From Podarcis gaigeae (Eukaryota), in NCBI GenBank assembly GCA_964106915.2, contig OZ066917.1: DNA of 64,000 nt; one strand, given 5' to 3'. The notes under the pieces were generated by a model, which worked only from the letters and a program-made list of their open reading frames with translations, was not told the origin of the DNA and did not search any database. Positions 13,594 to 21,694 of the stretch are shown here, in pieces. Made by a program: the position numbers and the translations under genes. The stretch's first letter is position 1. Each line of letters opens with the position of its first letter.

Positions 13594-14555
13594 AGATGAC
13601 CTAATATGCCCTTCGGGCATAGATATACATGAAAGGCATCACATGTATGTATTAGTATATTAGTTTACTATTTGTTAATTTATTGCATTTATAGCCCAGC
13701 TTTTTTCCAAGGAGCTCAAGGTAGCATTGTAGACATCTGCAAAGGAAAGCCTATACGTCTGGCTTTCCTTTACAGACATCCATGCCTAATATGTGGACAC
13801 TGGATGGGATGACACCTGGGGCGGACTGCACCTACCGCACCCCCCTTTCTCTGCCAGTGCATGTGGCACCTCTGGGGGGGAAAGCCCTGAACATAGCCAC
13901 TGTGGCTAGTAGCCTTTTCTTCTGAGAATTTGTCTAAGCCTCTTTTAAAGGCATCCTAGCTGGTGGCCATCAATCCTTCCATACTTTAACTGTGACCTGT
14001 GTGAATAAGTACTTCCTTTTGCATGTCCTGAATCTTCCAGCATTCAGCTTCATTTCATGGCATGGTGAAGGAGGGAGGAAAACTTCTATCTGTCCATCTT
14101 CTCTATGTGCATAATTGGACAGTGGTATGAAGGAAAAAGTTCCCAGATGCCACAAATAAAGATAACATTTCCTTGTGGGCAGGGCTTTTCTTTAGGGGGA
14201 ACTCTCAGTTCTGGCACCTCTCAGGTGGGCGCCATTGCCATTCTAAGAGAACGAGGGAGGTGTTCATGGTGAGATACAGTGCCTCTTTTTCTAGAAAAAT
14301 AGCACTGCTTGTGGGTTTCCTTGGATGCTATACTGGAAGCATCAACAGTATGTAATCTTCCTTCATTTATGTCTTCTTCCAGACAATGCAGATGGCAGCT
14401 CCTTCATGAAACAGATGGTATTTGGTGTGGTCACAGCTGTTGATCTTCTCAGCTTTGTCACCCCCAAAAACAAGACCCAGGAACGAAGAGATGTGACACT
14501 GGAATCAAATTCTTCTGAAAGAATTTTCCCCATGGCAGAATCTGTGGAGAAATAG
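2831..14555 (+). CDS. CBSL: Cystathionine beta-synthase-like protein (divergent CBS paralogue, probable sauropsid cysteine lyase); 5'-partial, 12 coding exons in window
   Basis: GT-AG exons 2831-2910, 3959-4090, 4727-4796, 6070-6161, 6563-6694, 7886-7970, 9287-9392, 10751-10825, 11760-11894, 12563-12671, 13412-13496 and 14383-14555 join in one frame. They align to human CBS from G151 to the C-terminus with the same intron positions and phases. The heme and PLP-lysine exons lie upstream of the window. CBS family assignment is secure; paralogue identity is inferred. Confidence 0.93.
3959..4090 (+). CDS. CBSL: CBS-like coding exon ([44 protein letters not shown])
   Basis: ctccag| ... |gtaata; 132 bp, one codon shorter than human. 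Confidence 0.95.
4727..4796 (+). CDS. CBSL: CBS-like coding exon ([23 protein letters not shown])
   Basis: polypyrimidine tract, caatag| ... |gtataa; 70 bp. Confidence 0.95.
6003..6056 (+). repeat. (GATT)n microsatellite adjoining a CBS-like splice acceptor
   Basis: Direct reading. Confidence 0.95.
6070..6161 (+). CDS. CBSL: CBS-like coding exon ([31 protein letters not shown]), PLP phosphate loop and CXXC
   Basis: ctgcag| ... |gtaagt; 92 bp. Confidence 0.95.
6563..6694 (+). CDS. CBSL: CBS-like coding exon ([44 protein letters not shown])
   Basis: tcacag| ... |gtaagt; 132 bp, two codons longer than human. Confidence 0.95.
7886..7970 (+). CDS. CBSL: CBS-like coding exon ([28 protein letters not shown])
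   Basis: ttctag| ... |gtaagc; 85 bp. Confidence 0.95.
8279..8459. mobile_element. hAT-type MITE (CAGTGCTTTTT TIRs)
   Basis: TIRs; inverted relative at 46304-46446. Confidence 0.75.
9287..9392 (+). CDS. CBSL: CBS-like coding exon ([36 protein letters not shown])
   Basis: tggcag| ... |gtaaga; 106 bp. Confidence 0.95.
10751..10825 (+). CDS. CBSL: CBS-like coding exon ([25 protein letters not shown]), interdomain linker
   Basis: ctctag| ... |gtatgg; 75 bp. Confidence 0.93.
11760..11894 (+). CDS. CBSL: CBS-like coding exon ([45 protein letters not shown]), CBS domain 1
   Basis: tgatag| ... |gtaagt; 135 bp. Confidence 0.93.
12563..12671 (+). CDS. CBSL: CBS-like coding exon ([36 protein letters not shown])
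   Basis: ttgaag| ... |gtaatg; 109 bp. Confidence 0.93.
12745..12880 (-). mobile_element. tRNA(Lys-CTT)-derived SINE with CR1-like 3' tail
   Basis: - strand TAGCTTAGTTGGTAGAGCATGGGACTCTTAATCTCAGGGTCATGGGTTCAAGC followed by CR1 3'-like sequence. Confidence 0.75.
13412..13496 (+). CDS. CBSL: CBS-like coding exon ([28 protein letters not shown]), CBS domain 2
   Basis: ttacag| ... |gtaagt; 85 bp. Confidence 0.93.
13552..13589 (+). repeat. (CA)n microsatellite
   Basis: Direct reading. Confidence 0.95.
14180..14307. mobile_element. hAT-type MITE
   Basis: CAGGGCTTTT...AATAGCACTG ends; 8-bp TSD CTTGTGGG. Confidence 0.85.
14383..14555 (+). CDS. CBSL: CBS-like last coding exon ([57 protein letters not shown])
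   Basis: ttccag| acceptor; [13 protein letters not shown] motif; TAG at 14553-14555. Confidence 0.92.
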
Positions 14556-14952
14556 TAGAAGACCTTTAAGTATAAGGGTCTGATTTTGTTTTCAAGTATG
14601 GCTTTCTATTTTAGAATTAGCATTTTATTTAGTATAGTATTATACTAGTATCTAGTATTTCTATTTTAATTTGCCTAGCTGTTCTTGGTCTGCTATGTTC
14701 ATAGCTATGCTCATCCTAAATGCCACCAAGAGAAATAATTTGGGATCAGGATGATTGGACAAGATTACATACAGTTAAAATAAGTAGCTATTCTGTGATA
14801 GCATGTTAAAAAAAATTAAGATTCTTGGGAGGAAGCAGTAGACTAAATGGATTCTCCTGTAAGGTTGCCTTGTTGCCTTGATTTTTATCAGACATTTTGT
14901 TGTTTGCATTAACATTGACTGGTAAGTGCATTTCAAAATCTGCTGGCAGAGC

Positions 14953-14958
14953 AATAAA
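14953..14958 (+). terminator. Candidate polyadenylation signal of the CBS-like gene
   Basis: AATAAA about 400 nt after the stop codon. Confidence 0.4.
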
Positions 14959-17210
14959 GAAATACTACAGATGCAAAGGCTGCCTGACTTGATTGTAGAA
15001 CTGACAATAATACTCTTTGCTTGTACAAGGGAAGTGTGAACTGGGACTGTACAGATGGATGAATGTTCATAAACCCCCTTTCCCCCAGAGAAAGCCTTCC
15101 TGCTGTTATGGTTGACTGCTGGAAGTGTATACTGCTACAACTCACTGCTGCATCAACCTCTTAGAACATTCTTGGCCACGAAAGGTTCCTGGGCATAGGA
15201 GACCATGTGCATGCCAATGGTTCCTACTTCTAAGAATCTGACAGTCATAGAACTGCCATAGCGGGGGGGGGGGGGCTTAAGGAGATCTGATTCTGCTACA
15301 GATAAACACAGCTACATGTTGATGACTTCTGTAGCCTACCTCTGAATATCAGTTTGGGGAAATACACACAGTCACGATAGGTGAGTCCCAAGGGCCAGAT
15401 ACAGATACTTGGATGACCACATTTGCTCCCCTGGTCTGAGGTTCCTCATTCCTGCCTTAAAAGAACTACCTATGAAGCACAATAGCGACTAGATTACTTC
15501 AATCTAGACCCCAAAATTAGTTGCAATTAAGTCCCATTGAGAGTAATTTCTATCTGCCTTCACATCAAATGGAAATCTGAAAGCTTTATAATTACATTTA
15601 ATTGACCTTTTTTGCAACCCAAGGTGTTATATTTGGTTCATAATGGTAACTCCCCCGCCCCCCATATAGCAGAAAACGGAACAGATGATTTTAATTCTGC
15701 AGAAGTTCATAAAGCAGAGCAGTAAACAGTAGACTTGCACTCTTAAGTGCATAAGCATCAGAACTACTTAGCTATATAATGTCAGTCTCCAATGTAGCTT
15801 TCTGTCTTTGAGTAGACTGGAGAAACGGGGGCCGTGATCTACTTCCCGTTGCTCAGTCCACCTTTTTGTGAAGTTGAGGAACTTCCTTTAGCAGAAAGAA
15901 GGCTGAATTCAACAGCTATACTGGCCATTGATTGTGCACCTTTTCACCTGCCATTTGTCTGTACCTTTTTCCTTTTTTGGTATGTAGTTTCTCCTAACCA
16001 AGCACTTACCTTGTGAACAAAGATGGAGGTTTAAGGTGCTCTGAACAAGCTGCTGTGCATGTGTCAGCCAGCATTAGATCCCACTGCAAGGAGAAAAGGT
16101 TCACCCACGAAGAACTCAAACCACATGTGAGGTTTATAACTGGATTCCACTGTAGATTGGTTGGGGATGGGGAATGACTGGTCCATACAAGTAAAGAGGC
16201 CAGTTGTCAACACTATATGCACATACCTATACAATGCTGACTCGGGAACCTACCACAGAGTAGATATGGGTACACTCTCCCCTCCATCTCTCAGTATGGG
16301 CAGAAATGCTTATCTGCATCTTGTATGCCACCGCATGGGTTTTACTCCATGTGAAAGTAGTTGTATAAAACATCCATTTGCACGCATACATCTCTGGACT
16401 GAGCCCACCAATGGACTGTTCCAGTGTAAACATTTCCCATGCATGAAAATTCAGATATTTTAAAATGAGGGTCACTGAATGCTGCTCATGTGGATGCTGT
16501 TTACAGCAAAATGGCACTACATATTTTTGCCTGGCTAGACAATCAAGACTTCTCAGAAGTTGGCATGCTTATGAATGTGATTCACAGACGTGGCAGAAAT
16601 TTATGCAATCATTTTAATGGGAGCTTTAACTACGTCTCTAAGTACGCACATGAAAATCGGTGGGATCGCTGACAGAGTGCTCCTTACAATGGTAGCGACA
16701 CCACAATAGCCAGGTTAATTAGAAAGGCCTTTTGTATTGCTGGCTGTACACAAACTAAATATAATTACACGTGTTCATTCATTGTGCAATATGTGAACAT
16801 ATATTCCCTTTTGTGTTTTTAAAAATCCTGGCTCTTATTTTCACCAGATATCCTGTTAATTTTTTATTCCAATGTATTAACAGTTCAATACTCACCAACA
16901 CATTCCTCTCACAGAGCTACAGGTCCCAGAGCTTTCTGGGAAGAGAGATTGACTGTTAAACCACTTTGAGAATTGCAGCTCTATGAGGGTAATAGTGGTC
17001 TTTGAAGAACTCTCAGCACGCTTAACAAACTTCTATTCCCAAGATTCTTTGGGGAAAGCCATGACTGTTTAAAGTGGGACTGTACAGCTTAAATGTATCG
17101 TGTAGACTTGTCTAGGCTCAAAGAGTTTCTTCATAGGCTAAACCAGACAGTATAAGAGGAATCACATAAGGAAAATGGGATGAAAGTATAGATGGTGGGT
17201 TTGTCATGTA

Positions 17211-17464
17211 CAGGGGTCAGCAAACTTTTTCAGCAGGGGGCCAGTCCACTGTCCCCCAGACCTTGTGGGAGGCCGGACTATACTTTTTTTTTGGGGGGGG
17301 GAGAACCAATTCCTATGCCCCACAAATAACCCTGAGATGTATTTTAAATAAAAGGACACATTCTACTCATGTAAAAACACATTGATTTCCAGACCGTCCG
17401 CAGGCCGGATTTAGAAGGCGATTGGGCCGGATCCAGCCCCTGGACCTTAGTTTGCCTACCCATG
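17211..17464. mobile_element. hAT-type MITE
   Basis: 8-bp TSD GTCATGTA; second family member at 54607-54850. Confidence 0.9.
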
Positions 17465-18549
17465 GTCATGTAGTTTGGCTGGATCAGAATCACCATGATT
17501 ATTATCAGAATTACTGCACGCTTCCTCAATGTCTGCTATTTGCAATGGGATCAATTGGAGCTTCCCTCCATTTTGAATAGAAGGCATTGGGGAGTGATTA
17601 CAACTGGGAGCATGGTGGGGCCAAAAGTTTAGAGGCTCCTTTCTTCATGCCACCGTCCAGGACAGCCTCACCTGCTCCACTGTGCAGAGCCAACTACCCG
17701 ACAAACGCCACGTCTTGCTTGACCCAAGGTCATGAGACAAGCTCATTTCTCATCCAGGCAATCTTTTGTGATTCAACCCAATCACAGGAAAGGGGCAAAT
17801 GTTAACTAGATAAGGGAAGGGCATGGTGTGAGGTTTGCAGTTAAAACAGGAACATGCTTAGCAGGTAGAAGCAGATTTTAAGCAGGTTAGCCTACATTTT
17901 TCCTGTGAGGTAAAAAATGAAAAAGTCATTGCTGCCTTGTTGTCTGGCAATTATTGCCCATTCTAAACAGTGGACTGACGTGTAATTCCACGTGTACAAA
18001 ATGTTAAAATGTTGCTGTGGAATGGCAGGCTATTCTGAAGAAGATAAATGCCAGTGCATTTGTAATGTGCCAACCTGCATCTTGCCTCATCCCTTGCTGC
18101 TCAGTAAGCAACAGTGACCCAGCTGCCAGGAACCAACCAAAGCAGCTCCATGCCACCCATTGAGCCACTTCCACCCCCTCCCCCGATAAAATGAGGGTAG
18201 CAAAACCTACTTCTTAATCAAGGCGATTATATAGATTATATGGGTAAAAAAATGGAGACAAGATAAAGCAAATTTTGACATGCTTGGCAAGGGTTTAAGG
18301 AACTATGGAATAGTAAACAAGGGACAATTAACTACAGTCCTGTATAGTTACAGGATGTACTTACATTAAATTTAAGACGCTTTCTTATATAGATAGAGAG
18401 GATCCCAGCTGTTAGAATGCAAATTGTAAATTATTTCTGCTTTGACAATAAATAATACTATAATAAAAGACCCACTGGTAATAAATTAGAAAGGGCTCTT
18501 AGCTCCTCCCAGCTGTTCAGGTTTATGGGTTTTCCCTCTGTTGTGACAT

Positions 18550-18557
18550 TATAAATA
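18550..18557 (+). promoter_or_regulatory. TATA box of the fibulin-2-Na-like gene
   Basis: TATAAATA about 90 nt upstream of a CAG|GTAAAC donor, which leaves a ~65-nt ATG-free first exon. Confidence 0.65.
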
Positions 18558-18579
18558 GCATACCTTCCAGCTGAACAGC

Positions 18580-18645
18580 TACTGAGGAAATATCACTACC
18601 TGGAGACCAAACCACTTGCAACACCCACACCTGAAGCCTATCCAG
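18580..18645 (+). other. Predicted non-coding exon 1 of the fibulin-2-Na-like gene (intron 18646-19643)
   Basis: Starts about 30 nt after the TATA box; ends at ccag|gtaaac; matching acceptor tttgcatttgatccag| at 19643. Confidence 0.6.
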
Positions 18646-18836
18646 GTAAACTAAAGCTATTTCCCCTTTTCATAGATCAGCTAAGCATTTGACCCAATGC
18701 ATGGAATAAAGTTAGAAATAATATTATTATTATTATCATGGAATAAAGTTAGAAATGCTTACTGCATCTGAAGGACAGTTTGCTGTTTTTAAGAAATAGA
18801 AAGAGCTGCACAAGGTCCTTCCTTCCTTCTGCAGTA

Positions 18837-19075
18837 CAGTGGTACCTCGGGTTAAGTACTTAATATGTTCCGAAGGTCTGTTCTTAACCTGAAACTGTTC
18901 TCAACCTGAAGCATCACTTTAGCTAATGGGGCCTCCTGCTGCTGCGCCGCCGGAGCACGATTTCTGTTCTCATCCTGAAGCAAAGTTCTTAACCCAAGGT
19001 ACTATTTCTGGGTTAGTGGAGTCTGTAACCTGAAGCGTATGTAACCTGAAGCGTATGTAACCTGAGGTACCACTG
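18837..19075. mobile_element. Tigger/pogo-type MITE in intron 1 of the fibulin-2-Na-like gene
   Basis: TIRs CAGTGGTACCTC / GAGGTACCACTG, TA TSD; second copy at 62504-62738. Confidence 0.9.
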
Positions 19076-19149
19076 TAATAGGTTTTTAACAGAATGTTAC
19101 CAATTTTTAGCACTCCTCAAATTTTATGAAGCTAAGGTTTGGAAATTTA

Positions 19150-19308
19150 NNNNNNNNNNNNNNNNNNNNNNNNNNNNNNNNNNNNNNNNNNNNNNNNNNN
19201 NNNNNNNNNNNNNNNNNNNNNNNNNNNNNNNNNNNNNNNNNNNNNNNNNNNNNNNNNNNNNNNNNNNNNNNNNNNNNNNNNNNNNNNNNNNNNNNNNNNN
19301 NNNNNNNN
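19150..19308. other. Assembly gap (N run)
   Basis: 159 N. Confidence 1.
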
Positions 19309-19647
19309 AAGGGGTTGTAAGTGGCACTTCCTTGTGCAAGTGGTCCGAGTATCATCGGAGACTGGAGAAGGCAACTATCAGGAGCAGTATGTTGCTTTGA
19401 AGGCAATCCATTGGGAAGTGTACCCTGAGCTCCAGTGTGGCTGATTCAGTGAGCCAATCCGCAATGTGCTATGTAATCAGTGTTTGTGCCCCTGGTGTGA
19501 GAAAATGCTATGCAAATTGGTGTTCTACTGAGAGAGGGCATTAGCTCAGTATTTAAAAAGGCAAAGTTGGGCGAGATAATAGAAAGCAATGAATGAGCAA
19601 AAATTGCTCTGCTGCTAAAAGGACCTCTTTGCATTTGATCCAGAGTA

Positions 19648-20157
19648 ATGAAGCCTAAGCACTTCCTCTGCCTGCTGCTGAGCTGCTGCTTCCTACAAAA
19701 TGGTGGCTGCATGCATCACAGGCCAGACTGTACTGCTGTTCTCTGCCTAGCTTGTCCTGACAATCACGAAGCTGTGACCCGTAAGGACCAGTGCTGTCCA
19801 CGCTGCATCCCTCGGTGCAAGTGCCCTGCGTTTCTGGAGGAAGCTTGTATCCAGGAAGGCTACAAAGATGGCTTCCTTCTCCTGGGACAGTCTGTCATTA
19901 CTGACTTTGGGACCCGAAAGTGCACCTGTGGAGAAGATCATAACATTGTCTGCGCTTCCACTTGCCCTAAGATTTCTCCAGCTTGCAAGTATATAGGAAG
20001 ACCCCAGGATGGCTGTGGAATGTGCGCTTGTCCCACTGATGATGAAAACTTTGTACCTGCTGGTGAAGTCATTGAAAGAGAATGTAAAATTTGTAAGTGT
20101 CCCCCAAATGGGGGGCAGCTTCAGTGTACCTTAACCCCTAAATGCTCGCTAGGGTAA
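19648..20157 (+). CDS. Secreted cysteine-rich protein, 169 aa: signal peptide plus a stand-alone fibulin-2 N-terminal (Na, VWC-like) module (fibulin-2-like, not the FBLN2 orthologue)
   Basis: Intact ORF with a basic/hydrophobic signal peptide (MKPKHFLCLLLSCCFLQNGGC). The 22 Cys of the mature part are colinear with the 22 Cys of fibulin-2 Na. Shared motifs: DCTxVxC, CCxxC, GQSxxxDFGxxxCxC, CxxCxCPxxGGxLxC. Splice acceptor 4 nt before the ATG; purine at -3. Confidence 0.88.
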   Translation: MKPKHFLCLLLSCCFLQNGGCMHHRPDCTAVLCLACPDNHEAVTRKDQCCPRCIPRCKCPAFLEEACIQEGYKDGFLLLGQSVITDFGTRKCTCGEDHNIVCASTCPKISPACKYIGRPQDGCGMCACPTDDENFVPAGEVIERECKICKCPPNGGQLQCTLTPKCSLG

Positions 20158-20364
20158 AAAGTGCCCTGTATCATGGGAGCTGGGTGGTGGTAGTTCCATA
20201 GCATCCTGGTCTTTTAGGGAATACAGTAGTAGAATTTTAGCTTTGAGAGGGACCTTGAGGGTCATCTAGTTCAGAGCCAGAATCTTAAAGCTACATCAGC
20301 TCTCATGGATGCCACTGAACTTTTCCTAAGAATTAAACAGTTACATAATCTATGGTATTATTTT

Positions 20365-20382
20365 AATAAAAATAATAATAAA
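20365..20382 (+). terminator. Polyadenylation signals of the fibulin-2-Na-like gene
   Basis: Two AATAAA (20365-20370, 20377-20382) about 210 nt after the stop. Confidence 0.6.
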
Positions 20383-21548
20383 GATTGGAGTTGAAATATG
20401 TTTGGATCCTTACTTAAATCATTATTTGGTTGAGGCAAATATGGGAAATGCTTGGAATTTTGAAAAATAACTGTGATAATAATGGTTAATAACATATTAT
20501 ATGCATAAATGAGGAAACTTTGGCATACCCAAATGGGATGCAATGGCTAAGTGGCGCCATTAATTGGCTTTCTGTAAAAGCAAACATGGCAAGGTTTTAT
20601 GGTTTGGGATATTTTGGTGTGTTTTTTGCAATTGTTGTTATGCCCCAACCCAGTGAGGGGAGTCATAACTAGTATGTATTCTCACTCTTCACATTATCTA
20701 CAAAAGTACAGTGTATAAATTGCTTGGGTATAATGAATAAAGGGAAGTTCTTCTCCCTCTGTCAAAAATACTAGAACTTGGCAGCAAATGAAATTTCATT
20801 GTCTGGGGATTCTGAAGCAGCAAAAACATGTCTCCGCACAACACAGAATTCATTTATGCAATTCATTCGTAAACGTTGTAGTGATTATCATTAGCTTAAA
20901 GGGCATTAGAAGCGGATTAAACAAATTTGTGGAAGACTTCTCTATCAACAACTGTTTTGAATAATGCTAAATGGGGTCCTTACGTTAGGGATGGGGCACC
21001 TGTGGCCCCCCAGATGCTACAGAAGTCCATCTCCTAGTGGCCAGGACACTCAAGAGTTGGTTGCATTTCATATATGCTAAAGTGAACAGCGAAGCAATCA
21101 GCATTACAGTGGCACCTAGAGACAGTAAGCAAGTATGAAATCACTGACAAAGGGGGACAGCACATCACCACCCATGCATTCCATACACTGAGAAAACGCC
21201 AGGAAGAGAACCCCCAAATGCTTGGGGGCAAGATATCCATGAACAGAACTGCAAAAAAGCAGCTGCACATATTGAATGCATGCACTCATCTTAAAGCTGC
21301 TGCTTTAACAAAATGAACAAAATGGGTTCATAGCAACAAGAAAGACTACAATTCCCCCCCCCCCCTTTTGGTTTCCAATATGGGCTGCTCTTGGCTAACT
21401 GGATTGTTTTTATTACAATACAAGGGGAACTCTGCCGCCCTGCTCTTATATACTCTTATGCTCTTATATATACTGCACTTATATACTCCTCTCCCTGACA
21501 ATCCCTCCACAAGAGACTTGCTTGCTGAATCAAGAAATCATCCCAGCG

Positions 21549-21694
21549 CAGTGGCGTAGCATGGGTTGTCAGCACCCGGGGCAAGGCAAGTAATTTGCGC
21601 CCCCTAACCCGTGGATTTGTGCCCCCTAACCCTAACCCCCAGATGTTGCGCCCGGTGCGGCCGGCCCCCCTGCACCCCCCACGCTACGCCACTG
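21549..21694. mobile_element. hAT (Tip100-like) MITE
   Basis: TIRs CAGTGGCGTAGC / GCTACGCCACTG; 8-bp TSD TCCCAGCG. Confidence 0.9.

Noticed and set aside
2831-14555. CBS pseudogene interpretation of the divergence
   Set aside because: All 12 exons keep frame and canonical splice sites, indels are multiples of three, and there are no premature stops.
19107-19444. ORFs spanning 19.1-19.4 kb
   Set aside because: Artefacts of the N gap.
19648-20157. Calling the Cys-rich ORF FBLN2 itself, or VWC2/VWC2L
   Set aside because: It is too diverged, lacks all downstream fibulin domains and is in the wrong syntenic context. Its Cys pattern and GQS...DFG motif follow fibulin-2 Na rather than brorin.
14555-20157. 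Functional cluster linking the cysteine-metabolism enzyme with the Cys-rich protein
   Set aside because: Adjacency is the only evidence; there is no visible shared regulatory signal. Co-expression data would be needed.
21600-21640. Interstitial telomere (CCCTAA)n
   Set aside because: Only 2-3 units, internal to a hAT MITE.
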